Translations under genes and position numbers: made by a program
Shown here: in pieces, positions 8,719 through 16,969 of the stretch
Layout of the letters: the number at the start of each line of letters is the position of its first letter
Position numbering within the stretch: position 1 is the first letter of the stretch
Notes under the pieces: model-generated
Database searches by the model: none
What the model was told of the DNA's origin: nothing
What the model saw: only the letters and a program-made list of their open reading frames with translations
From: an uncultured Candidatus Peribacteria bacterium
GTDB taxonomy: Bacteria; Patescibacteriota; Gracilibacteria; Peribacterales; Peribacteraceae
Assembly: GCA_964541635.1 (NCBI GenBank)
Contig: CAZIQM010000001.1
Location: 5,852-69,851 of the forward strand
Length of the DNA: 64,000 bases
Direction of reading: 5' to 3'

Positions 8719-9162
8719 ATGAAGTACGCGATATGTTGTTTTGTCATGCCGAGTGTTCGGCGAGTCGCACGCGAGTCGAATGTACCGAGGCATGACAAAT
8801 CGCATGCTTATTTCGTGCAGCAATATTTCACCTACCTCCTTCGTTTTAAGAACGGCTCGTACTACGTGGGCGTGACGAACGATATCGAGCGCCGAATGGA
8901 CGAACATCGAACTGTTCTCAATCCCGGATCGTACGTGGAACAACAAGGCGACTTCGAACTCGTCTACGTCGAGTCTTCTCCGTACATCCTCAACGCTATC
9001 GCGAGAGAAAAACAAATAAAGAATTGGAGTCGCGCAAAGAAAGATGCTCTCGTCGAGGGGGATGAGAACGCGCTTTTTTATCTCGCGAAGAAAGATTTCT
9101 CTTCGAAAAAGGTTGTCAGGCCGAGTGCCCCGAGCCGCAGCGAGGGGCGTACCGAGGACTGA
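8719..9162 (+). CDS. GIY-YIG domain nuclease (UPF0213/YhbQ-like)
   Basis: YFTYLLRFKNGSYYVGVTNDIERRMDEH...REKQIKNWSRAKK matches the GIY-YIG core (Y..Y..G.T.d..rR..eH...E..iK.W.r.kK). Confidence 0.8.
   Translation: MKYAICCFVMPSVRRVARESNVPRHDKSHAYFVQQYFTYLLRFKNGSYYVGVTNDIERRMDEHRTVLNPGSYVEQQGDFELVYVESSPYILNAIAREKQIKNWSRAKKDALVEGDENALFYLAKKDFSSKKVVRPSAPSRSEGRTED
9113..9162. repeat. right inverted repeat of the GIY-YIG cassette
   Basis: ttgtcaggccgagtg...ccgcagc...cgtaccgaggactgac. It encodes the C-terminus of the GIY-YIG ORF and ends 2 nt before the miaA stop codon. Confidence 0.8.
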
Positions 9163-9164
9163 CA

Positions 9165-10100
9165 TCACATCTGCCTCGCATCGATCCATTTGATCCGCTC
9201 ATCGTCCTTCCACCAGGTCATCTGGCGCTTCGCATATTGGCGGGTTTTCGCGGCGATGACCTCGATGAGCTGCTCCTTGTTCTGCTCGTCTGACCTCAGC
9301 CACTGCGCGATCTCGCGGTAGCCGTGGCTCTTGAAGCCGGGATCATGTTCCGTGTAGCCGCGCTCCAACAATGATTCGACTTCGCGGATCCATCCCCCGT
9401 TCACGAGCTCGGGCGTGCGCGCGTCGATGCGCTTGGTCAGCTCATCACGCGGCCATTCGAGCCCGAGCATCAAGGCGTGGAAATCCGGCGGCACGGTTTT
9501 CTTCAGAGTCGACGGCGGGAACCCCGTGAGCCGGTAGAGCTCCACCGCGCGGACGACGTACTGCTTGTTGGCTTTGTCGAAACTCTTCGCGGTTTCGGGA
9601 TCCACCCTTGAGAGCTCGTCGAAGAGCGCCCACCCGTCGTCTTCGTCGTACAGCTTCTCCAATTCTTTCCGCAGTTCGGGGTCGGCTTCGGGCAACGGAC
9701 GCAGGCCGTCGACGACCGACGAGATGTAGAGCATCGATCCCCCGACGAGCACGGGCACGTTCCCGCGCGCGTGGATTTCCTTGATGACGCTGTTCGCGTG
9801 TTCTTGGTACCACGCGATCGTGACAGGCTCTTTCGGATCGAGCACCGAGAATAGATGGTGCGGGACTCTCCCCTTTTCCTCCTCGGTGATTTTCGCGGTG
9901 CCGATGTCCATGCCCGTGTAGAGCTGGCGCGAGTCGGCGTTCACCACCTCGGCGCACTCCCCCATCCGTTCGCAAAGACGCAACGAGAAACCCGTTTTTC
10001 CGCTGCACGTAGGCCCGAGCACGACGATGACCGGTTTCGGGTTCTGCGCCAGATGCTCGTCGACGAGCGGCTGCCAATCGTTGGGACCCAGGAGATGCAC
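9165..10100 (-). CDS. miaA: tRNA dimethylallyltransferase
   Basis: P-loop GPTCSGKTGFS, then DSRQLYTGMDIGTAK and a conserved C-terminal helix. The GTG start at 10100 is the first plausible start before the P-loop; the upstream part of the 518-aa track ORF is GC noise. Confidence 0.9.
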   Translation of the reverse strand: MHLLGPNDWQPLVDEHLAQNPKPVIVVLGPTCSGKTGFSLRLCERMGECAEVVNADSRQLYTGMDIGTAKITEEEKGRVPHHLFSVLDPKEPVTIAWYQEHANSVIKEIHARGNVPVLVGGSMLYISSVVDGLRPLPEADPELRKELEKLYDEDDGWALFDELSRVDPETAKSFDKANKQYVVRAVELYRLTGFPPSTLKKTVPPDFHALMLGLEWPRDELTKRIDARTPELVNGGWIREVESLLERGYTEHDPGFKSHGYREIAQWLRSDEQNKEQLIEVIAAKTRQYAKRQMTWWKDDERIKWIDARQM

Positions 10101-10190
10101 GCCCCTATTCCACCATATTCCCGAAGCCGTGCCTACTGCTGAGGCAAGCCCAAAAGTGGTAGAATGATCTCGATTTCCCTCAACAGCTTC

Positions 10191-10826
10191 ATGCACCCCC
10201 TCCTCCAGTCGATCTCCAGCCAAATCAACCGCGGACACATCACCCCCACGAACTTCATCATCCCGACCGTCATCGAGAAGACGCAGTTCGGCGAACGCGT
10301 GTACGACATCTACTCGCGCCTCCTCGAGGAGCGCATCGTCTTCCTCGGCACGGCGATCAACGACGACGTCGCCAACGCGATTATCGCGCAGTTCCTCTTC
10401 CTCCAGAAGGAAGACCCGAAGAAGGACATCACGATGTACGTGAACTCCCCCGGCGGACAGGTGACGTCCACGATGGCGATGTACGACACGATGCAGCACA
10501 TCTCGCCGGACGTTTCGACCGTATGCCTCGGCATGGCGGCCTCGGGCGGCGCGATCATCCTCATGGGCGGCCACAAGGGAAAGCGCTTCGCCCTCAAGCA
10601 TTCCGAGATCATGATCCACCAGCCGCTCGGCGGCACCGAAGGCCAGGCGACGGACATCGCGATCCACGCCGAGCACATCATCAACATGAAGAACACCCTC
10701 AACGAGCTCATCGCTAAGCACACCGGCAAGAAGCTCGAGCAGGTGAAGCAGGACACCGAGCGCGACAAGTTCCTCACGGCGAAGGAGGCGCTCGAGTACG
10801 GACTCATCGACAAGATCATCGACTAA
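10191..10826 (+). CDS. clpP: ATP-dependent Clp protease proteolytic subunit
   Basis: [19 protein letters not shown], catalytic GMAASGG, IHQPLGG and ERD. The ATG at 10164 overlaps a TAGAAT -10 box, so 10191 is preferred. Confidence 0.92.
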   Translation: MHPLLQSISSQINRGHITPTNFIIPTVIEKTQFGERVYDIYSRLLEERIVFLGTAINDDVANAIIAQFLFLQKEDPKKDITMYVNSPGGQVTSTMAMYDTMQHISPDVSTVCLGMAASGGAIILMGGHKGKRFALKHSEIMIHQPLGGTEGQATDIAIHAEHIINMKNTLNELIAKHTGKKLEQVKQDTERDKFLTAKEALEYGLIDKIID

Positions 10827-10832
10827 GGCTCG

Positions 10833-10861
10833 AAAAAGGGCGCCCGAGCGGCGCCCTTTTC
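10833..10861. terminator. bidirectional intrinsic terminator between clpP and the convergent membrane-protein gene
   Basis: AAAAA-GGGCGCC-cgagc-GGCGCCC-TTTT. Confidence 0.75.
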
Positions 10862-10880
10862 ATATCCCAGTGTTGCCGTC

Positions 10881-11429
10881 TTACTTCTTCTTGCCGACCG
10901 GCTTCTTGGCCGGGGCCTTCGCGATCATCACGGGCTTCGGCGCGGGAGCGCGCATCGCCGGGGCCGGCATGGGCTTGGCGGCGGGAGCGCAGCAGTCACC
11001 CGTGCAGCAGAAGCCGCGGGCGGCAGCCATGTAGAAGAGCACCCAGATGATGGCGTTCATCGCCGGGGGCATGGTGTCGTTGAGCGAGAGGCCCGACAGG
11101 ACCGACTTGAGCATGAGCCCGGCCGGGATGCTGAGCAGGGCGATGCCCGCGAGGAGCGTGCCGACCGCCGGCATGTAGCCGAAGGCCATGAAGACGCCAC
11201 CGACGATCATGAGGCCCGGGAGCAAGTAGCCCCAAACGAAGCCGAGACCGACGAGGACGTTGATTTCGGTTCCGCGGACGGAGAATTCCAAACCGCGGCC
11301 GACCGCCTCGGCGAAATTCGCGGCGTCCATGTAGTGCGCGACGCCGACGAGGGCGAGGGCGAGACCGAAACCGATGCGCACGGCCTTCTTGGCCACCGCC
11401 ATCGGATGGGACATCGTAGAAGAGTTCAT
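10881..11429 (-). CDS. polytopic membrane protein with Cys-rich and Lys-rich C-terminal tail
   Basis: 4-5 hydrophobic helices. Tail FCCTGDCCAPAAKP...KKPVGKKK. The start is uncertain (Met at 11429, 11414 or 11402). Confidence 0.7.
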   Translation of the reverse strand: MNSSTMSHPMAVAKKAVRIGFGLALALVGVAHYMDAANFAEAVGRGLEFSVRGTEINVLVGLGFVWGYLLPGLMIVGGVFMAFGYMPAVGTLLAGIALLSIPAGLMLKSVLSGLSLNDTMPPAMNAIIWVLFYMAAARGFCCTGDCCAPAAKPMPAPAMRAPAPKPVMIAKAPAKKPVGKKK

Positions 11430-11505
11430 AAAAAAGGAAGTGGGAAGCGTTGGAAAGCAGTCTGAACGCGGCGGCACGTGCGCGACAAGTGCCCGTCGCC
11501 ACTTG

Positions 11506-12609
11506 ATGTTGCCGAAAACGCGAAACCTGTATGCTTCGCGCGTGTTTCATGTGAACAACGAAACGGCCCGCGGACGCGCCGGACGCATCGAAACGATGCA
11601 CGGCGTGATCGAAACCCCCGTGTTCTTCCCCGTCGCGACCGACGGCGCGATGCGCGGGCTCAGTCTTGAGGACACGCGCGCCCTCGGCTCGAGCGTGCTG
11701 CTCTGCAACACGTACCACCTCCACCTGCAGCCGGGCGAAGCGATCGTGAAGGCGGCCGGCGGCCTGCACGAATTCATCGGCTGGGACGGACCGATCCTCA
11801 CCGACAGCGGCGGGTTCCAGGTGTTCTCGCTCCAAGACCTCCTCACGATCGAAGAGCACGGCGTGAAATTCAAATCGCACCTCGACGGCTCCCCGCTCTT
11901 CCTCGGACCGGAAGAAGCCATGCGCATCCAGCACGCGCTCGGATCCGACATCATCATGTGCTTCGACCAATGCCCGCCGTCGACGGCTGCGCGAAGCGTC
12001 CAAGAAGAAGCCGTCGACCGGACGATCCGGTGGGCGAAGGAGTGCAAGCAATGGCACGAGAAGTTAAAAGCGGCATCGGGCAAGAATCCCCTGCTCTTCG
12101 GCATCGTCCAAGGCGGGTTGGAAAAAGACCTGCGCAGGAAGTGCGCCGAGGAACTCATCGCCATCGGGTTCGACGGCTACGCGGTGGGCGGGCTCGCCGT
12201 GGGCGAAACCGAAGCCGAGATGTACGACGTCCTCGACGCCGTGTGCCCCCTCCTCCCGAAGGACAAACCCCGTTACCTCATGGGCGTGGGTCGGGTCGAA
12301 CAGCACAAACAGGCCGTCGCGCGCGGCATCGACATGTTCGACTGCGTCCTTCCGATGCGCGAAGCCCGGCACGGAAAAATCCACCGCAGCGACGGCACGA
12401 CCATCAACATCCTCAACAGCGAGTACCGCACCGACCACTCGCCCATCGACGCCGATTCCCCCGCCGCGATGGGGCGGAACCACTCGAAGGCCTACCTCGC
12501 CCACCTGTTCCGGGCGAAGGAACGCTACGCCGAGACGATCGCGTGCATGCAGAACATGGCCGTGACGCTGGATGCCATGCGGAAACTGCGGGAAGCGATT
12601 TCGGCGTAG
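11506..12609 (+). CDS. tgt: tRNA-guanine transglycosylase (queuine tRNA-ribosyltransferase) lacking the canonical zinc ligands
   Basis: ETPVFFPVAT, LTDSGGFQVFSL, LFGIVQGG, GYAVGGLAVGE and YLMGVG...GIDMFDCVLP are conserved. The CxCxxC...H site is replaced by DSPAAMG ... Q. Confidence 0.9.
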   Translation: MLPKTRNLYASRVFHVNNETARGRAGRIETMHGVIETPVFFPVATDGAMRGLSLEDTRALGSSVLLCNTYHLHLQPGEAIVKAAGGLHEFIGWDGPILTDSGGFQVFSLQDLLTIEEHGVKFKSHLDGSPLFLGPEEAMRIQHALGSDIIMCFDQCPPSTAARSVQEEAVDRTIRWAKECKQWHEKLKAASGKNPLLFGIVQGGLEKDLRRKCAEELIAIGFDGYAVGGLAVGETEAEMYDVLDAVCPLLPKDKPRYLMGVGRVEQHKQAVARGIDMFDCVLPMREARHGKIHRSDGTTINILNSEYRTDHSPIDADSPAAMGRNHSKAYLAHLFRAKERYAETIACMQNMAVTLDAMRKLREAISA

Positions 12610-12699
12610 CACGCTTGGAAAACAAAAAGACGTTATGGCAGGGATTTCACCGCCTACGACGAAATCGTGTTCTGCCCTTCCCTTGGGGCTGAACCGAAA

Positions 12700-13020
12700 T
12701 TACAAGACCTTGATCCCCTTGATCGTGATCGTCGTGTAGTCCTGCTTGTGGCCCTTCGTGCGCATGTAGCGCTTGCGGCGGCGGAACTTGAAGACGGTCA
12801 CCTTATCGTGGCGGCCGTGGTCGACCACTTCGGCCTCGACGGACGCGCCCTTCACCGTGGGGCTGCCGAGGGTGAGCTCCCCGGCGTCCGACACGACCAT
12901 GAGGACGTCGTCGAACGTCAGTTTGTCCTTGGCTTTGGAATCGACGTGCAGCGGCACCTTGAGGGTGTCACCCACGGCGACCTTTTCCTGGAAGCCGGCG
13001 ATTTGGACGACTGCGAACAT
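12700..13020 (-). CDS. rplU: 50S ribosomal protein L21
   Basis: MFAVVQIAGFQEKV...KVTVFKFRRRKRYMRTKGHKQ. Confidence 0.95.
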   Translation of the reverse strand: MFAVVQIAGFQEKVAVGDTLKVPLHVDSKAKDKLTFDDVLMVVSDAGELTLGSPTVKGASVEAEVVDHGRHDKVTVFKFRRRKRYMRTKGHKQDYTTITIKGIKVL

Positions 13021-13073
13021 AGGAAAGCCGCGATATCCTAGGGATTCCCCCGGGGTCCCGCAAGCCGATTTGC

Positions 13074-13106
13074 ATCAAAAAGAGCCAGGCGGAACGCCCG
13101 CCTGGC
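13074..13106 (-). terminator. intrinsic terminator after the desaturase gene
   Basis: The minus strand reads GCCAGGCGG-gcgtt-CCGCCTGGC-TCTTTTTG. Confidence 0.8.
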
Positions 13107-13129
13107 CCTTTGAGTAGTCCCAATCGATG

Positions 13130-14044
13130 TTATGACGATTCAAGCTTGTTGGACGGGTCGCTTTTGACGGCCCAGGCCAACCCGCATAGCCAAAGGAAAC
13201 AGATGAACCAATACGAACAATCTATCTCCCACCATGCGTGCCCGTGGCGGGCGCAGGTGGGTTTGGCATGGTGGTTGTTATGCCACCCCTCGCCGAAGGC
13301 GAGGATGCCGATGATCCAGTTGTTGCGGCTGTTGTCGCGCGTTTCGTACGTGCGGTACCCCCAGATGTGGGTAACGCTGTTCACGCACCACGTGACGTTC
13401 CAGACGAACACCACCCGGAGGAAGTATCCCCAGAGGAGGAACGAGCTAACGCCCGGCCATCCCCCGACGAGGTACCCGATCCCGCCGATCGCCGCGGCCA
13501 TCACCACGGGCACGAGCCAGTAGCGACGGTGGACGAAGAGCGACACCGGATCCTCGAGGATGTCGGACGCGTATTTGCGCGCATCCGCTTCTTTCTCCGG
13601 GGACGTGTGGTACACGAACAACCATCCGGCGTGCGACCAGAGCCACCCGTGTTCCGGACTGTGGGGATCCCCCTCGTGGTCCGAATACTGGTGGTGCTTC
13701 CGGTGCTGGGCGATCCATTCGACGTCGGATCCCTGGAGGGCCATCCAACCGCACGTCTTGAGGAACAATTTCACCGGCCACCACGTTTCGAAACCCCCGT
13801 GGGTTTGGAGACGGTGGTAACAGACGGTGATCCCGACCATGCCCGTGACGGGCACGAGGACGAGGAACGAGACGATCGCTTCCCAACGGACGATGTACGG
13901 CATCAGCGCGGGGGCATCGAGCACTCCGAGCAGTAGCAAGGCGGAAACGATGGCGAATCCGACCGCTACCGCGTGGACGAACAGGATGAACCCGCCGACG
14001 ACGTAATCGACACCGTGGGGAAATTTTACCGAGGACGTAGTCAC
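13130..14044 (-). CDS. membrane fatty-acid (acyl-lipid/acyl-CoA, delta-9-type) desaturase
   Basis: Three His boxes are present: HRLQTH, HRKHHQYSD and HNNHHAKP. N-terminal TM helices. GTG start. Confidence 0.85.
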   Translation of the reverse strand: MTTSSVKFPHGVDYVVGGFILFVHAVAVGFAIVSALLLLGVLDAPALMPYIVRWEAIVSFLVLVPVTGMVGITVCYHRLQTHGGFETWWPVKLFLKTCGWMALQGSDVEWIAQHRKHHQYSDHEGDPHSPEHGWLWSHAGWLFVYHTSPEKEADARKYASDILEDPVSLFVHRRYWLVPVVMAAAIGGIGYLVGGWPGVSSFLLWGYFLRVVFVWNVTWCVNSVTHIWGYRTYETRDNSRNNWIIGILAFGEGWHNNHHAKPTCARHGHAWWEIDCSYWFICFLWLCGLAWAVKSDPSNKLESS

Positions 14045-14096
14045 GATATGTGCCTTTCTGTGGTTTCAAAGAGACTGGGACCTATCCGCATCAAGA

Positions 14097-14125
14097 CAGA
14101 AAAAAGGCGGCCGTACAAGGCCGCC
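14097..14125 (-). terminator. intrinsic terminator after the aquaporin gene
   Basis: The minus strand reads GGCGGCC-ttgtac-GGCCGCC-TTTTTTCTG. Confidence 0.8.
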
Positions 14126-14151
14126 CTTTCGGATTCGCGGGAAAACGCCGT

Positions 14152-14775
14152 TTACTGGGCGTGATGGACGTGCGCGTGCTCCGGCTCGACGAACCAGCGG
14201 TAGAGCCACGCGGCGGCGATCGTGCCGACGATCGGACCGACCAAGTACGCCAAGGAGAACGAGTGGATGCCGAACGCGACCGCGGGGTTGAGTACGCCGT
14301 TGCTGCCGGAGGCAGTGGCCACCAAGACCCCCAACGTCAGCGACGAGCCGACGACCAACCCGGACGCGCCCTTCGACACTTTGCCCTCGACGACCGACAT
14401 GATGCCCCACAGGAGCAGGAAGGCGCCCATCGCTTCCGCGATCGTGACCCAGGCGGTGTTCACGATCGTCGGGGAAGGGGCCTCACCCGTGAGCTTCACG
14501 ACGACGAACGACGCCGCGATGGCTCCCACGAACTGCGCGAGCATGTAGTACACCGCGTCGTTGACGCCGATTTTCTTGATCGTCGCGAGCGCGACCGTGA
14601 CCGCCGGGTTGAGGTGCGCGCCGCTGATCCAGCCGACCGTGTACACGAAGAGGCCGAGCGTCAGTCCGGCCAAGACCGGAACGGGAAGACCGAGGACGCC
14701 GGTCAGCCCCAGCGAGACGGCGAGCGTGAGGACGAAGGTACCGATGAGTTCCGCGAGGTAAGGCTTGAACGTCAT
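14152..14775 (-). CDS. MIP-family channel (aquaporin / glycerol facilitator)
   Basis: Two NPA boxes (SGAHLNPAVT and GVLNPAVAFG) and six hydrophobic helices. Confidence 0.9.
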   Translation of the reverse strand: MTFKPYLAELIGTFVLTLAVSLGLTGVLGLPVPVLAGLTLGLFVYTVGWISGAHLNPAVTVALATIKKIGVNDAVYYMLAQFVGAIAASFVVVKLTGEAPSPTIVNTAWVTIAEAMGAFLLLWGIMSVVEGKVSKGASGLVVGSSLTLGVLVATASGSNGVLNPAVAFGIHSFSLAYLVGPIVGTIAAAWLYRWFVEPEHAHVHHAQ

Positions 14776-14925
14776 GGGGTGGAAAGGAAGGATGGCCTGA
14801 TCCTAGCGTGTCGGTCGAAAGCGGAACCACTTCCCCGCGATCACCGCAAGCCAAAAGAAACGGTGGATTCCCGTAACGATCCGGGCGATCATCCGTATAT
14901 CCTTGTGCTTCCCCCTCCGCTCCCC

Positions 14926-15198
14926 ATGACCCCCCGTCTCCTCGCACTCTCCGCCGCGGCCCTCGCGTTCGCCGCGTGCACGCCCGCGCCAGCCCCCGGC
15001 ACCAACGGCGGCGCGGTTCCGCCTCCGACGTCGTCGGCGCCGTCCGCCGCTTCGTCCTCGTCGTCCAGCGTGGCGCAGCGCCCGCTCTCGAAGGAAGGCG
15101 ACATGTGCGGCGGCATCGCCGGATTCCAGTGCGAACCCGGACTCTTCTGCAAGTACGACGGCGCGTATCCCGACGCTGCCGGCGTCTGCATCAAGTGA
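14926..15198 (+). CDS. small Cys-rich lipoprotein (90 aa)
   Basis: Lipobox LAFAAC, a Ser/Pro linker, and a C-terminal 4-Cys knot MCGGIAGFQCEPGLFCKYDGAYPDAAGVCIK. Only the last 90 codons of the 382-aa track ORF look protein-like. Confidence 0.7.
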   Translation: MTPRLLALSAAALAFAACTPAPAPGTNGGAVPPPTSSAPSAASSSSSSVAQRPLSKEGDMCGGIAGFQCEPGLFCKYDGAYPDAAGVCIK

Positions 15199-15202
15199 TA
15201 GG

Positions 15203-15691
15203 ATGCACCCGATGACGACACTCGAAACGGCGACGTTCGGCGCCGGATGCTTCTGGGGCGTCGAAGAAACGTTCCTGCGCACGAAGGGCGTCGTGAAAAC
15301 GACCGCGGGGTACCTCGGCGGCACGTTGCCGGACCCGACCTACCAGGACGTCTGCAGCGGAACGACCGGCCACGCCGAAGTCGTGCAGGTCGAATTCGAC
15401 CCGACGGTCGTGACGTACGACGAGCTCCTGAAGGTCTTCTGGGACAACCACGACCCCACGCAGAAGAACCGCCAGGGTCCCGACGTCGGCGACCAGTACC
15501 GCTCGGCGATTTTCGTGCATTCGCCCGCGCAACGCGCCGCCGCCGAAGCGTCGAAGGCAGCCCTGGAGAAGGCCAAGCGTTTCGCGCGGCCCATCGCCAC
15601 GGAAATCACCGAAGCGTCGGCGTTCTACCCGGCCGAGGACGAGCACCAACAGTACCTGCGCAAGCGCGGTCTGGACTCGTGCCACATCTGA
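15203..15691 (+). CDS. msrA: peptide methionine (S)-S-oxide reductase
   Basis: ATFGAGCFWGVEETF active-site motif. The alternative ATG at 15212 would sit 7 nt after a TAGGAT box. Confidence 0.93.
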   Translation: MHPMTTLETATFGAGCFWGVEETFLRTKGVVKTTAGYLGGTLPDPTYQDVCSGTTGHAEVVQVEFDPTVVTYDELLKVFWDNHDPTQKNRQGPDVGDQYRSAIFVHSPAQRAAAEASKAALEKAKRFARPIATEITEASAFYPAEDEHQQYLRKRGLDSCHI

Positions 15692-15722
15692 CACGAACGC
15701 GCGCGGGGGGTACCATCGGTGC

Positions 15723-16118
15723 GTGACCAAAGCGTGGCACGCGTTCTTCGGGTTCGTGACGGCCGTCGTGGTGACGACGATGGTCGCGCCCGGCGCGTTC
15801 GGTTTGCAGGGCTACACGCAGTGGGGCGGGATGTACGTCGACGGGTGGTGCAACGTGATCGTGTCGCACACGCCGCTCGAGATCGATCCCTCGGCCGAGA
15901 CGTTCGAAATCCGCGAGGACCAACGCGACGTGTGGTACACGCCCATGCATAACCCGCGCTCGTGCGTCGCGTGGGCGCGCAGCTGGTGCGGGCAGACCGC
16001 GCCGAACGGCTGGACCGTGGGCGCCGCGTACGCCTACCACCGCGGGACGTACCTCGAAAACGACGTCGACATCTGCTCGCTGCCGGACCGTCCGGAATTC
16101 CGCTGGTACCGCCGATGA
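15723..16118 (+). CDS. hypothetical secreted protein (131 aa)
   Basis: GTG start, N-terminal hydrophobic signal and 6 Cys. ATGA overlap with the next gene. Confidence 0.6.
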   Translation: MTKAWHAFFGFVTAVVVTTMVAPGAFGLQGYTQWGGMYVDGWCNVIVSHTPLEIDPSAETFEIREDQRDVWYTPMHNPRSCVAWARSWCGQTAPNGWTVGAAYAYHRGTYLENDVDICSLPDRPEFRWYRR

Positions 16119-16966
16119 GCATCCGACGCGCGTTCGATCGCTGGCGCGGGAACATCGGGCCGTGGACGCTCGCGGCCCAGGTCCTCGTCGGGCTCTTCTT
16201 CCTCGCGGCGGCGGCGCACAAGGTGTCCATGTATTTCGTCGACGGCCGCTCGATCGCCGACGATTTCGCGTATTGGGAGAGCCTGGGGTATCCGCCGCAG
16301 TGGTACCGGGCGTTCCTGCATGCGCTCTTCGCCCTGCCGTACGGGCACAGGGTCCTCGAGATCGCCGTCATCGCGCTCCAGGGCGTCGGCGGCGCCTTGC
16401 TGGTCCTGAACCGCGGCACGCGGATCGGCGGCTGGCTCCTGCTCTTCGTGCAAGCGAACGTGTTCCTGGGAACGTTCCACCACCTCGGCTTCAACGAGTT
16501 CGTCGGCGTGTCGCTCGCCATCGCGCTGTACTTCGCGCTCCGGCCGTCGGACGGACGCTGGACCGGCGCGGGATGGAGGGCGATCGTCTGGCCCGTGGCC
16601 GCGGTCACAGCGCTCTTCCTCTACAACCGCTGGGTCATGGGCGACCCGTGGATCGCGAACGTGGAATGGCGGAGGCTGGACCTGCAGCAGGACGTCATGT
16701 CGACGGCGTGGTTCTGGAAATCGTCCGCTTTGGCCATCGCGGCCTCCCCCATCGGGCCGTACGCCTGGGTCGCGCCGTGGTGGATCGGCCTCGCGTTGGT
16801 CCCGCCGCTGTTCTCGCGACGGGCGCGTCCCTACGCGCTCGCCGGCCTCCTGGTGCTCGCGACGCTGCGCACCCTCACGTGGATGAACTCGATCACGAGC
16901 CAAGGCGTGCTCTTCGTGCTCCTGTACTTCCTGGTCCTCGCCGACGAACGGGAACGGACGCGGTGA
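16115..16966 (+). CDS. polytopic membrane protein (DoxX/MauE-like topology, tentative)
   Basis: MSIRRAFDRW... with 7-8 hydrophobic helices. Translationally coupled to the upstream ORF. Confidence 0.7.
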   Translation: MSIRRAFDRWRGNIGPWTLAAQVLVGLFFLAAAAHKVSMYFVDGRSIADDFAYWESLGYPPQWYRAFLHALFALPYGHRVLEIAVIALQGVGGALLVLNRGTRIGGWLLLFVQANVFLGTFHHLGFNEFVGVSLAIALYFALRPSDGRWTGAGWRAIVWPVAAVTALFLYNRWVMGDPWIANVEWRRLDLQQDVMSTAWFWKSSALAIAASPIGPYAWVAPWWIGLALVPPLFSRRARPYALAGLLVLATLRTLTWMNSITSQGVLFVLLYFLVLADERERTR

Positions 16967-16969
16967 GCG

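Larger units (their letters stand above)
8652..9162 (+). mobile_element. putative mobile GIY-YIG nuclease cassette bounded by ~50-bp imperfect inverted repeats
   Basis: Inverted repeats at both ends, low GC, a single GIY-YIG ORF, and a position between intact miaA and a miaA 3' remnant. Confidence 0.5.

Noticed and set aside
8653-9189. 178-aa minus-strand ORF across the GIY-YIG cassette
   Set aside because: It is antisense to an ORF with a clear GIY-YIG motif. It is partly generated by the inverted repeats and has no motif of its own.
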